A DNA stretch of 64,000 nucleotides, from the NCBI RefSeq assembly GCF_009914755.1, contig NC_060931.1; one strand, written 5' to 3'. This document shows positions 31,860-45,204 of this stretch, piece by piece (within the stretch, counting starts at the first letter, position 1; every line of letters starts with the position of its first letter). This DNA comes from the human T2T-CHM13v2.0 reference genome, Homo sapiens. A program made the position numbers and the translations under genes. The notes under the pieces were generated by a model, which had not been told where the DNA came from, did no database searches, and was given only the letters and a program-made list of their open reading frames with translations.

Positions 31860-32698
31860 TATTAGTAAGGGTCAGTCAGGACACACAAAAAAAATACCAG
31901 TGAGTTGAATAGGAAAAGTTAACATAAAGGTTTGTTAACTACTAAAAAGTGGTCAACTATGAAAGGATATAATATGCTATGGTTACTATTAAAAGAGTTA
32001 AAGTGGACTCTAAGAGGTCAAGAATTAGTGAGCTAAAAGAAACAAAGGCAGCTATTACCACTAAATTGGGGGAGAGAGGGGAATGAAAGAACAAAGAGCA
32101 GAGGACTTAGAAGGTCTTCCCTAAGGATGAATTCAGGTCTCTTCAAAGCTGGTACAGCTACCACAGTAACACTCAGTGTGCCAGTCATGAAGAAACCTGT
32201 CAGAAGGTGGGAGATGAAGCTGCTAGATAGGCCTGGCACACCAGCTGGGAGACAGCTGCCTGCGAACATGACTGGAACTACTACAAAACTGGTCTCCAGA
32301 ACTGTTTGTGGAAGGAGCTGGCTTTGCAGGTCACTGGGCCCCCGTGCTAAATAATAAGGAAGCAAGCTCGGTACCCAGAAGGGAGTGTCTTCCTGGAGCC
32401 ATGGACCTGGCAATGTGCCTCCAGCAGCCCTTATTGACAAAGGCTAACAGCTGGCAAAGGAGAAATGTCATTCCCCTGTCTCCTCCAACTTAGTGGTAAT
32501 AGCTGCTTTTGTTTCTTTTAGCTCGCTAATTCTTGACCTCTTAGAGTCTACTTTAACTCTTTTAATAGTAACCGTAGCATATTGTATCCTTTCATAGTTA
32601 ACCACTTTTTAGTAGTTAACAAACCTTTATAAACTTTTCCTATTCAACTCACTGGTATTTTTTATTTTTCTCTGTCTCCTGACTTACCCTGACTAATA
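31860..32698. repeat. Long inverted repeat: arms 31860-32086 and 32468-32698, 381-bp spacer
   Basis: Manual reverse-complement alignment gives about 14 substitutions and 2 small indels over about 227 bp. Confidence 0.97.
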
Positions 32699-32730
32699 CC
32701 ACAGAATATTAGTGGTCCCTCCAGTACAAG
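31860..32730. mobile_element. Ancient LTR-like element (family uncertain) that hosts an inverted duplication
   Basis: LTR-like terminus tattagt(c/a)agggt. The internal cctccagcagcccttattgacaaaggctaac...gctggcaaaggagaaat resembles old mammalian LTR consensus sequence as recalled. Confidence 0.45.
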
Positions 32731-33050
32731 TTTGTTGGAAAACTCTAATTTTACAATGTACTTGAAGATATGTGTGATACATTGATGTTGAAAGCCTGTC
32801 AAGAATATTTTCATATAATGCGGGTCTTTCACCTATATTTTCTTTTGATGTTTGAATGTTCATAATATGGTTTTGAAGATTTGCTCACAGTGAAAGAGAC
32901 TTTATTCTAAATTTAGAAACTTTTCTCCAAAGAACATTAACAACGGATTAAGTTTCTTGAGGCATGTGTAACTTTTACAGTGAGATAGTTTCAAACCTTC
33001 AAGCTTCTAATTTGAAGATACTTAATTTTTATGTCTTTATATTAAGAAAC

Positions 33051-33452
33051 AATTCTGGAAAAGGCAAAACTATAGAGATAGTAAAAAGGTCAGTTGCTGC
33101 CAGGGTTAGGGTGTTGAGGATAAATAGGCAGAGCACAGAGGATATTTAGGGCAGTAGAACTACTTTGTGTGATACTATATATGCTAGATACATGTCATTA
33201 TGTATTTTCCCAAAGCCATAGAATATACAACACCAGGAATGAGTCCTGATGTAAACTGTGGCCTCTGGGTGATAATGACATGTCAAAGTAGGTTCCTCAG
33301 TTGTAACAAATGTGCCACTCTGGTGGGGAGTGTTGGCAGTGGGGGAAGCTATGCATGTGCAGGGGCAGGAAGTGGATGGAAAAATCTGTGTACCTCAGTT
33401 TTGCTCAATTTTGCTTTGAAATTGCTCTAAAAAATAAATCTTATTAAAAAAA
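33051..33452 (+). mobile_element. L1MC (MC1/MC2-like) 3' end
   Basis: attctggaaaaggcaaaactatagag, gtaaactgtggcctctgggtgataatgacatgtca, ttgtaacaaatgtgccactctggtgggga, ctctaaaaaataaa. Confidence 0.85.
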
Positions 33453-33507
33453 TAGTGGATATGTATGCCTTCATGGAATTAGTTTTAACCCAACTAAGTT
33501 GGTTGAG

Positions 33508-33685
33508 GTGATTCTCCTGCCTCAGCCTCCTGAGTAGCTGGGATTGAAGGCGCTCCACCACACCTGGCTAATTTTTGTATTCTTAGAGGCGGGGTTTCAC
33601 CATGTTGGCCAGGCTGGTCTCGAACTCCTGACCTCAGGTGATCCACCTGCCTCTGCCTCCCAAAGGGCTGGGATTACAGGCATGA
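33508..33685 (-). mobile_element. Internal Alu fragment (178 bp), with no tail and no TSD
   Basis: Spans the monomer junction, is truncated at both ends, and is nearly identical to 35152-35332. Confidence 0.93.
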
Positions 33686-34997
33686 TTACACTAAAGCCTT
33701 TATGAGCACATTCTCTAAAACCAAGGGGAGAATTTCTATTGACTACCCCTTTTTAAGGTGATTTCAAGGCAATATATTAAGAACTGGAAAGTTGCTTTGG
33801 ATTGCTGAATGGATTATCATCCCTAGGTAAAAGTGGCGACATATTCTTCTATAAAACTCTTTCGGTTCTAAAAATTTTTTCTCAAAGGCATCCTAGGGCC
33901 CTTTTTCAAGGGAACAAATCTAGAAATTGGCATTATTCAATCATGAAAGATAAGCAAAAATACTCAGTTAATAGACTCTGCTACTTAAAAAATAATAAAC
34001 ATTTAAATTACTAAACTTCAATCAATCTTATCTGATCTTGCCAATCAGCTCAAGAATTGTCTGCCTAACATTTAAATGTTATAATGTATTCCCACATTGG
34101 GTGGTTTCTAGAGAAATCTATCTGCCGTCATTTCACTGATCCTTAAAAGTCTACTATTTAAGTGATTCATTTAACTCATGGATTTGGACACTCTTAAAAC
34201 ATAGACATTTTAGGAATAGAAACACTAAGAAAGTCATACTTTATTTCCTTTTGTTTTATTTTTTGTATAAATGTGGTGCAAATATTTTCCTGATAAGGAA
34301 AACGAGGAGAAAGAATGAACACTGGCACACTAAAAGGGCTTGCAAGTGAACCCTGCACAAGTGGTAAGTGGTTTCAAAATTAAGGGAAGCAGAGGCCAAA
34401 AGACCAACACAAAACTTGACAAGTTTGTCTGCATTTGGGATTCCCTTCTTTTTTTTTTTTCCTATGGGTAAGCTATATTTATTGATTTGGAAACGTGTCC
34501 ATGCTATATTAAAGAACCTTGAAATTTGCAAAGTAACATCTATCATAATAATCACACATTTGCAAATCAATTCCACGTAAACTTATGCAAGCTCAGAAAA
34601 GTTACTGACAACTATACCACAAATACTACTTATCCAACCTAGATCCTGGGGAAGGTGGATATACATGGAAAGCAGAAGTGAGAAAATGTATTCCATTCCA
34701 TGTCATTTTTCTGAATCCTCAACATAGGAAGTTAAACTAAAACATGGGGCAGAATCTGCTTTAAGCCTTTGAATTCTTGGCTCTTAAAGGTTGAGGGTTG
34801 TGTGTTTTTATTCTTTTAAATCTCCTTTTCACTTAGGCTTGGCAACTAGATCATTGAAACAGAGCCAATAAGAATGAGTGAGTCACTCAGTGATATGAAG
34901 CAAGTTGTGGTCATTTATCTATTATCTTCCATTCTTACTTCTTGGGATTTCCTTCTAAATCCCAATACCTATCACCTGGTAGCGACTGTTGAAGTAA

Positions 34998-35348
<351 letters not shown>

Positions 35349-35627
35349 CTTATAATGTGTTCTTACAAGTATGAAGAAATCAGTATGGCAGCAAATGAAA
35401 AATAGTAATTTTTATTAAAAATTGCTTAACTCATCTTGCAGAGTATAAAGGATCTTTGAGGCAGTGGGTATGTTTGTATTTGCTTTATTCAATATCTGTT
35501 ATAATATTCCCATCTCTCTGAGGGCCTGCTCCTTTCACTTTAAAGAGCTAGACATTTTTTGAATTAATGTTTTTATGATTATATGAGGTTAATCTTTTTT
35601 TCCTGTTTAATTCTCCAATAGAATCAA

Positions 35628-35663
35628 GTGTGTGTGTGTGTGTGTGTGTGTCTGTGTGTGTGT
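35628..35663. repeat. (TG)n microsatellite, one interruption
   Basis: Read directly. Confidence 0.93.
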
Positions 35664-38600
35664 TTATTTTATTTTAATTAGCTGTTTTGGGGTGATACAA
35701 GGGAAGAAGTATAAGAAATAGTGGGTATGGAGATGAGAAAGGGGAATATAAATATAGTGTAGCACTGAATCTTGGCCAGCTGGTTCTCCATGTTCTTTAA
35801 GTTTTAGGCACTTTTCTTGATTTAGACAGTCCATAACATATACATATTTCAAAAGAACATGTTGTATATGACAAATATGTATAATTTTCATTCATCACTT
35901 TAAAACATTTTTTAAAAAAAGATATTACCATTGAGGGAAACTGAGTAATAGATATAAGAGATCTCTTTGCATTATTAATTACAAGTGTAGAATCTACAAT
36001 TCTTTCAAAACAAAATGTTCACAAGAGTAAAAGATAATACACGTTTTCGGATTAAAAACCAATTATTAATGCTAAATGGATGAATATGGTATTCACCTTC
36101 ACTGCGGTGGTAGTTTCTTATGTCAAAATATATCAATGCTAAATGATGCAAAAATAATTATAGTCATCATTGTCTTTAACTATAGCAATAAAATTGGACT
36201 ACCAAAAAATAGTAATTAAAAAGTCAGCCACTTTTATCCAAACCCCATCTAGGTCTGCCAACGCTTAGGCCACTTCGTTTATTGACATCCTGGGCCACTG
36301 CTGCCGTAGCCAAATCCCACTGTCACCCCTCCTACCCCTGCACTGCTTTTTCTAGCATTTGCCTATCCTTTTTTTATTCCTTTAGGGTCCCAAGGTAACA
36401 ACTAACAAGCTTATAGATGAGCTATACCAGAAGATAGCTACAACCCTCATTCCAAGTCTATATATTTTATGTAGCTTCTGCAATCAATACCCAATTTTTG
36501 TTTTCATTAAAAAACAACTAGGTTTTAGGCCCAGGTAGGGGAGGTGTTATAAAGATACAAAGTTGGACAGAACTATCTGGGGTCAAACAGAGGCCATAAC
36601 TACCCCCTTGCTTCTATACCCAGACTATCTTCGTGAGCATCTTAAAATGCTTACATGCCCGAGGGAAATATCTTGGGCGATTTAAACAAGGTAACTCATT
36701 CCCCAAAGTTACAATTACAAAATTTACTTATAGAACACATTTTTGAAACATTTTTTAAAATCAGGTTGCATTTTTTCTTTGGTTGGACATTTAATGCATT
36801 TGTTGTTCACTCCAGGAAACTGGCTAACCTCAGAGGGAAAAAATTCTCAAAATAGCCATGATTTTTGGAAGCTAGATAGAGAGAGAAGAAAGCAGACTTG
36901 ATTGCTCCATATAAAACTAAGTAAAAAAGGATGTTATCAGCAATTAACTATAAAGCTTGATTCTAAAGAAAAAAATAATCAAAGTAGAAACATTTTTAAA
37001 AAGATGAAAACACTACTGCGAGCTCCACAGGGCTTGGAATTTCCAACAGGCCAGAATCAATTCATATTTTCTTGTATCTAGGCAGTATTCAGCTTTCAGC
37101 AGTTTTATGGGGATGTGGGAGATACAACTGCTGAGAATATATTTAAAAATTAGAAGAAGCCAGAATGACCTGAGAGGTTTCAGTTCTCTCTCTTCCCCCT
37201 CAACCCCTTCTCTCTCCTTGTGCTTTGCTAATAAGTTATCACCACAGGCCAAAAATGGAGATGAAACATCACAACGCACAGCTTCATTAAAAATCAAACA
37301 AAATCCAATTGCTTGCAGTATTCATGACAAGATGTATGATTAACTGCTAAATCACTCGGAAGAGGGGCAACCTAAAGAGAAATAAATATGCTGGGTGACA
37401 ACCTAGAGGAAAACACCAACCACATAAACAAAGAGTCTTTCTGAATTTGAGTTAGGGATGGTAAAAAGGAAATGATATTTTATTAGAAAGAAACATTTTT
37501 TTCATTAAAATAAGAGAAAAACTAATATTTAGCAGAATTTTCATAAGGTCTTCTACTAATGTATTTCCTCGTAATTCCAGAGTTAGGAAAGCTAGGATGG
37601 TCAAACATATGCTCAATTATTTAGTGAGGTGAGGTATGTAACAGAGAAAACTACAAAGAAGGAGGAAGATTTGTGTCAGTATCAGGCAAAAAGAGAATAC
37701 CAAAGACTTGTGTTAGGAATAGACTGAACAGCCTTAGAGACATCATAGCTTTGGGGTAGGAGTCGAGGCATAGGTCTGCAAACAAATTCTCAGGCTAATT
37801 TATTACGATACAATTATAATAGATAAGGATTTCTTTCAAATTGCAGTGCCTACTCAGATTTTTCAGTCTGTTATGGTGAAGACATAAGTTCTAAAATCAT
37901 AATTATGGTTAAGAGATGCAGTAATATGTGAAAATTTAGTGGCATCTGCCACAAATGATAGTTCTGTTTGTTTCTTTATGTTTTATCTATTTTTTAAAAA
38001 TGCCATAGCTGTGACAACAAATCATTACAGTTTCTGACCTCCTAACAAACGGAAACAACACATGATAATTGTTTTCTAGTTTATCCATTCTTAGTCTCCC
38101 ATCCTTACTTGTGCCTTACAATCCAGAAATTGGCCACATAATGCTTAATATTACCCTTAGTGTGGGATCGTGTACTTTGCCCCTTCCTTTCTGGTGAATG
38201 TTAACAATTTCCACCCCCGTTCAATGAAACTGTGAGGGTTTTTTCAATCTATAAGCCATTCTACCTCATGGACTATCATACAGACACTGTAGGAAATGAT
38301 TGCAGCTGTCAAATATGGTGGCTCTGAAGTTACAGAGTAAAGGATAAATTAGCCCAGCCTGTCTTTCCATTGCAATTCGTTAATGCTATTGAGCATGCAA
38401 TCCCTGGCAGATTTACAGGTGGCAGAATAAAAGATTAATTGTTTTACTTTATTTATGCTTGGAATGTAACTGAAGGACTAAGTAATTTGATTCCCATCCG
38501 TAATCTGTTTCCTTTTGTCATTTCCCAACACCTGTCATTCTGCTAATTCATCTTTCTGCTTATAAGTGTTAGGCAGTTGAAGGAAAACATCTACTTTTTA

Positions 38601-39671
38601 TTCACTAATGTTGTACTAGTAACTTGGGAAACTTTCCTCTTTGCATTTGATTTTCCCTTAGTAGGAAATAAAAGATACTTTCTAAGACTGCAGTGTACTG
38701 GAGGATTTTTTTTTCTCTTTTAAATTATATTATAATATAAGAGATAGGTATAGGTAGAGGGAAAGAAAAATAAGGAAAAAAAAAGTTACTACTACAAAAA
38801 CCTCTCGTCCTTCACCACTTACTGTAGTTTAGCCCTTGGCTAGATCCAGTAGCAAGGATTATGTAGGTGTGAAAATATAAATCTATGTTATTCTTTAATT
38901 TTTCTTGTCTCAAGCCAAATTTTTCAAATTTTCTTTTATTTTCTTCTATCTTGAATCTGTAGCATTTACATATTTAAAAATACCATAGAATGCCAATCAT
39001 CATATCTGACAATCATCCTCATCCTAATCCTGCACCATGTTCATAAAGAATGTGCTCTCCCATATCCCTGGAAGGGGCAAGCCCTGTGTACTATATGACC
39101 CTACTCACTCGGTCACTGCTTATGTAGCTGAGAAGTGTTATTACTGTTCACATAGTAATCTGCTATTACCTACAGACACAGCTTTTTATCAAGGTATAAA
39201 TATCCTAAATGTCATGATTGGACACGCCCTCATAGTCTGAATTCAAGGACCTACTGCTTCCACATGCTAATGGCCTTTCTCTAAAAGCCAAACAATCTCT
39301 GTCAGTCTCCTACTCAGACCTCAACAATCTTTCCAAGTGAATACAATGTCTGACTAAAAGGAGTTAGAACTTCCTGCAAAGGATCATAGGCTCTCTCAGT
39401 TTTGACATCAAACTTGAGTTCTCTTTCTCTCCAAGCCTTTTTATTAAAAAAAAAATAGTCTTAATGAAGGTGTATTTTATTTTCACTTCTCCTTTATTTC
39501 TTAGTGAACTTGCCAACTTCAGATGATGGAATGTGATGAGCTGGAGGAAGAGCGGAGAGATGAAACTAGCCAGATGATCAAAGATCATATCATAAAAGGG
39601 ACAATGCAATACAAGTTTGTACATTATCCTAGAGCTAACAAGAAGAAGAAAGCATTTTAAAATAATAAGTG

Positions 39672-39979
39672 GGCTGGGCATGGTGGCTCACGTCTATAAT
39701 CCCAGCACTTTGGGAGGCCGAGGCAGGTGGATCGCAAGGTGAGGAGTTCAAGACCAGCCTGGCCAAGGTGGTGAAATCCTGTCTCTACTAAAAATACAAA
39801 AAAAAATTTGCTGGGTGTGGTGGCAGGCACCTGTAATCCCAGCTACTCAGGAGGCTGAGATGGAGAATTGCTTGAAACTGGGAGACAGAGGTTACAGTGA
39901 GCCGAGATGGTGCCACTGCACTCCAACCTGGGCAACAGAGCGTGACTCCATCTCAAAAAAACAAAAAAGTAATAATGAT
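39672..39979 (+). mobile_element. Full-length AluS (Sg-like)
   Basis: Carries the 2-bp deletion after ggatc. TSD aataataagtg at 39661-39671 and 39980-39990. Confidence 0.95.
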
Positions 39980-40499
39980 AATAATAAGTGATCAAATTCA
40001 TGACATAGATAATTTTGACAGCCGTGACAAGGATAGTTTAGGAAAGATAGTTTGGACAGTAGAAGGAAGATCACAAAAAGAGGCAGTTGCAGCAATTCAA
40101 GAATAGATATGAAGAGATTACATTAAGGAAACAATGTGAATAGAGAGGAGGTCATAGATTCTAACAATATTATCATTAATTGAGTTAGAGTATGTTCTCA
40201 TTGATATATGAGATAAAGAGGAGGAATAAAATGGAAATAACCCCCACCCAAGTGTCTGACTTTTGTTCTTGGAAGGTAAGCAAGATAAGAAGTTTTAGTA
40301 ATGAGTTCAGTTGAGGTAAGTTGATTTCAAGATTTGTATATTTGAGTGGAGGTATCTAATAGAAAGTTGTATGTTTAGTTAATTAGATTAACAGATATAA
40401 TCCTAAAATAAAGATTTCAAGCCATTAACATTTATGTGCTCATTGAAACCATCATTTTTATTTCATATTTTATTTTATATTTCATATTTTTACGTCGTA

Positions 40500-40898
40500 A
40501 CTGAGAGACTGCAACGGCCATTGAAGCCATTCTCAGATATTCTGGTTTCCCCTTTTTTGCATATTATACTATTATACTTACTCACTTCATTTGAAGTTAG
40601 GTTTGACCACATTACTTACTTGAGCCAACAAAAAAGGGAGAGATTTACGCTTCCTTGGAACAGAAATTTTGAAGTGTTGATGCATAATTTTCCATGTTCT
40701 GTTCCCTTTCCCACTGTGACTAGGTGTATTCCAGGTATTGGAGGCTCTGTAAGCCTATGGATCTGAATAACAACAATGGGAAGGAGACCTTTGGTCGAAT
40801 TGATATGATCATATAGTGTGAACAAAAAAGAAAGGTTGTATTAAGCCACTGAGACTGTCGGGGTATTTAGTTGTGACTTGGCTTATCCTGAATTGACA
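40500..40898 (+). mobile_element. MLT1J-like MaLR LTR
   Basis: ttgaagttaggtttgaccacattacttacttgagccaa ... ttaagccactgagac ... gcttatcctga. Confidence 0.7.
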
Positions 40899-43154
40899 GA
40901 GTGACAAGGAAGATCCAGGGACAGAATCTCAGAAAACAGTAGCTTGTAAGCAAGAGGTATTGAGAAAAGACAGAATAAATAGTCAGAAGAGGTAGGAGGA
41001 AGGAGAACATGAAAAAGTAAAAAAAAAAAAAAAAAGTAACTGAAGCCTAGGGAAAACAAAATTTCCCAGTAAGAAGGAAGAGTGGATGATGTGGGCACTG
41101 ATTGCTACCCTTGGCAAGAGTCATTTAGATAGAGTGTGATGTGGGCAAATCACCAATTGTAATGTGCTGAGAAATGAAGGAAGGTAAGGAAGAGACCTAA
41201 ATTGTACATTGTACTTTTAAGTAGCTTGGCTCTCTTTGAAAGGAAGAAAAAAAGTATTATGCTTTTGGAAATGGAAAAAAGACTGGAAAAATAATTTGAT
41301 TGTGGTGTTTATGGATGAGCAGCACTAGACCATATTTGTAAGCTAAGAGCAAAGAGTAGAGAGGAAGAGGCTGAAGGGACAGACGAGAAAGGGTAACACA
41401 TGAGCACGTACATGTAAGAACGGAGTGAAACCTGGTTCACTTTCAGTGAAAAAACTGGCTCGGGAAAATAATAAAGGAGGGAGTTTGTATGCCCACTCTC
41501 ATAAAAGACAGCGTTCAAGGAGACTTAGCTGTAATAAATCCATTCATTATATTCTTCTTTATTGAGTTCACTTTGTGAACTAGACGCTGTAGTAGAACGG
41601 AATATGCAAGAATGCCACTGACTTTTTTTAAGGATACAAATAAAGCTGCTATTCCCTACCTTGGCATTTTGAAAACTGTGGATCTTCCACATTCATCCTC
41701 TTATCATGTAGAAAGAAAGTAGCTTCATTTTGAGATTAGCTGCATTTATGGCTCATTTTTTCCTCACAGGACTTGATGTTCATGGTGGAAGGGGTGGGAG
41801 TGCAGTGGTGTTTGTTTAAGATTTACTAAGCAGGCAGATTATTTTTTAATTTCTTGCTGTTATAAAACACCAGTGCCTCCCTGATCCTTAGGGAATGTAT
41901 GGATACAACATTAAGTTTATCTTTTGAAAATTATCATATTATGAATCTGATTAGATTCAGTTCTTGTTCTCAATATATTGTTCTGTTCCCTGTTGGAGCT
42001 ATTTACTATGTATATTTGTTCTTGGAAGCAGTGTACTGCATAAATATTAAGGGTATTTGAAAAAAAATTCCACATGTTTATTTGCATTGAGTTTTTAAGT
42101 GATTACTGTGCTAATCCAATGTTTATAATTATTTTAGATGAGAATTAATGAGTTTTGGGCAAAGGCTTGTAAGTTTTAAAGTTCATTTCAAATGTTCTTT
42201 TATGTTGGTATATAGAACACCCCCAAGAAATATGCTAATGCTTTCCTAACACTATTATTTTGATATATGATCAGAAATTGTATAATTCTTTGTCATTTAG
42301 ATTTGTCTTTTAAATTTTTTCAATATATTAAAAGAATTTATGTTTCAGGAACTCTTTGGAGTTGACTTTGTAAGGATTATAAAAGAAACTAAAGTGATCC
42401 AAAGTTGTTTTTCTTATTTTGTCATCAGGAAACTGCTTTAATTGACTCTCCTGTAACTTATCCTTCCAAAAAATAAAATAATTCTAGTTTCTAATGTACG
42501 ACTATGACATTACTCACCCAGAAGTGTCCTGATTATTTGATTCTATGAGCATGAAAGTTATTCAGTAAAAATTATAAAACAGTACGATGGCAAAGCTAAC
42601 CTAGAAATTTGAAATTTTAAAATAAAATAGAAAATGTTACATAATAGCTCAGTATGAGAAAAGTTATGTGATATTTCAACGTTTCTAGCTAACTATTCCT
42701 ATCTACTTTATTGCCATGTTTAACATTTTTATCAGCATACTTTTGTAGTCCATAATAACTATGTTGTTAGGAGATACCATGGAAGGAATTCTAGTTTTAG
42801 GTACAAAGCTTAATGAGTTCTAAGGTACTGTCCAATACCAAGATTTGATGATTCCATGAATTCTAATTCTCAGCCCTTAATTGTCTGATCTTCTGGCAGA
42901 TTACTCCACATTATTTTAGATGTGAGGAGACTCCCTTAACCATTTCCCTGAACTTTGCCCTTCTCAACTGAATTACTAAGTGTTAATCCCATTTTAATTA
43001 CTGAGTTTATAATTTATGTTGGGAAATAAACTTAGTTACTTATACAAAGTAGACTAAACAAGTTCTTTTGAAAACGATCTCAGAGGGTAAATTGTAGGAT
43101 TGATATGCTGCCATTCTCCTTTAAAATTTAATGAACAATATTTGAAAAAATACT

Positions 43155-43640
43155 AGGGGAGTTCTACTAAAATGACCAAATAAACTCCTACCAGACACAT
43201 CTCCCAGCAGATACAAAATATAAACTCTGGACAAAGTACAATAAAACACTACTTGCAGGTTCTAGAGCATCAACAGCAGCAGAGCAGGGAGATTCTAGAG
43301 GGGGAATCTAAGACTTCACAAGGTATTCCCATGGGGGTACCTTTTTCATTGTTTTCAGCTTTAATTCTTAGAGATTTCATGGCAAACCACAGCCACGGGA
43401 TTATGAGGAAATCCATGAACTAAAATAACAGATGGCAAAACCCACTCATTGTGTATATTCTCTACCTAAGTCTCTACCAGACCTAAACCACACATACATG
43501 GAGCATATTGTGAATAGTCAGCTAAGGAAAAGCGGGTGGGGGGATTATGCTTGAGCTCTTTGGTCAGCTAGCAGCCACCACCTGTACTATTCTTCCTACT
43601 ATAAAAGTTGTGTGATTACTTAGTATGCCATCAATAACCT
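43155..43640 (+). mobile_element. Old L1M 5' UTR fragment
   Basis: aactcctaccagacacatctcccagcagatacaaaatataaactctggacaaa resembles L1MD/L1ME 5' ends as recalled. Confidence 0.5.
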
Positions 43641-44070
43641 CAGCCTGAAGTTTGCCTCCAATCACACATTCATCAAAGAGCCTAGATAACTTGAAACTTA
43701 GACAATGATAATGTATCTTTGAAGGAATTCACCAAATATTTGTCTTCAATCCTATGAAGAAAGGGTACACAGAGAGACTAATGGAGCTGCAAACTTAAAA
43801 AAAAAAAGTGGCTCACGTTTCCTTTAGACCATCAAGAGACTAAAGTCTGACAATGGTGAAAATGAGCTGTGTGAAATGAAGTGTGCCTTATTCTTGAAAT
43901 AATACACTAATCAATCATCCTGGGTGCATAAATCAATTGAACTGTCAAAATGTATATTGTATAATTCATTCGAAGCCCATTACCTGAAAGAACAAGTAAA
44001 ATGCATTTACAAACTTGAAGATCATGTAACCATCTTGTGCAAGATGGTAGTAAGCTCTGCCTAAGTATAT

Positions 44071-44078
44071 GATGGATG

Positions 44079-44118
<40 letters not shown>
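44071..44118. repeat. Tetranucleotide STR (GATG)2(GATA)10
   Basis: Read directly. Confidence 0.97.
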
Positions 44119-44869
44119 CAGATTTTTTAAACAAGAAAATCTTGAGGAACAAAAAGAAAGAAAACTAACCATGCAGCTGGCTACTCCTCTCTGCCCAAAG
44201 AAGAAAAAGTAATAAGATCCATGTGCTGTAATGAGGTAAAGAATCAGACATAAAATATTCATGTATAATTGGATTTTTGTCTTTAAATCAGCATACAATT
44301 TTAGTGCCTGATAAGCAACAGCAGAACTTTAACATTGATTGATAGTCAAGAGAATTGTCAAGTTACTAAAAGTGCTCCATACACTGGCACAATGAACAAC
44401 ATAGCTCAGGCACAACAGTTAACAACTACCAAGTCAAACAGACCTATCATTGGGAGGAGGTTGGAGGAGGGCAAAATGATAGCGCCCTTGTTCTCAAGGA
44501 AGGTAGATTTTACAAGAGAAAAACAAATACATTCTCAAATAAATAATAAATGGTAAAAGAAAGGTAAATGCAAGGTAGTTTGAATGGTACAATGTTGGGA
44601 GTGATTAATTTGGGTCAAAAATGTTGCTGAAGAATCAAGAGTGGATTTGGCATTTAAACTTATGGATCTTAGAGGTGTTTGTATACCACTAAAGTAGAAG
44701 ATCTGTCATTTTTGAGAAATGCCAAAAGTTGTTTAATTATATCTATGTTCTCTTATAGAATGAGTTATTCATAAGCTCATTTGTTCTTATTAATCTGATT
44801 ATAATTCCACCACTCATCTGTTTCATAGTCACTTAATTTGATCAAGAAATGCTTGGAGTAATAAACTCA

Positions 44870-45180
44870 CATTTAGTTTATGCATTAATTTGTGAAGCAT
44901 TTCTTGAGTGCTTACTATATGTCAGTCCCTGCACTTTTCTGATACCAGCAACACCAATAAGTAATCTAGCCATTGCTTTAACACCTGCAGGCACGAGAAA
45001 CGACAATTCTAGCTGACAAAATACCTTTTCATTACGTTTGAATGAAACATGCCTCCCAGTATCTTCATTCATTCATCTAACAAATATTTCAGTAACTATT
45101 ATGTGACAGGCATTATATAGGACAAAAAGGATGAAAATTCATTTAATTCCTGTTTCTGTTCCCAGGGAGCTAACACTGAT
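44870..45180 (-). mobile_element. L2 3'-end fragments
   Basis: ttcattcattcatctaacaaatatttcagtaactattatgtgacaggca. Confidence 0.6.
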
Positions 45181-45204
45181 TTATTCTGATTCTATTATGA
45201 ATTA

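Larger units (their letters stand above)
39530..41200 (-). mobile_element. L2 fragments interrupted by an Alu and MLT1J
   Basis: Purine-rich antisense L2 motifs, e.g. gaggcagttgcagcaattcaag, tttgagtggaggtatctaatagaaagttg and cccttggcaagagtcatttagatagagtg. Confidence 0.55.

Noticed and set aside
32033-32493. Overlapping ORFs (135, 75 and 61 aa) in the inverted-repeat spacer
   Set aside because: They are explained by the higher GC of LTR-derived sequence, and I recognised no protein motif.
31860-32698. DNA transposon with long terminal inverted repeats
   Set aside because: There is no TSD around the unit and no transposase remnant, and the host LTR-like sequence appears to continue past the right arm. 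A copy-number search is needed to exclude it fully.
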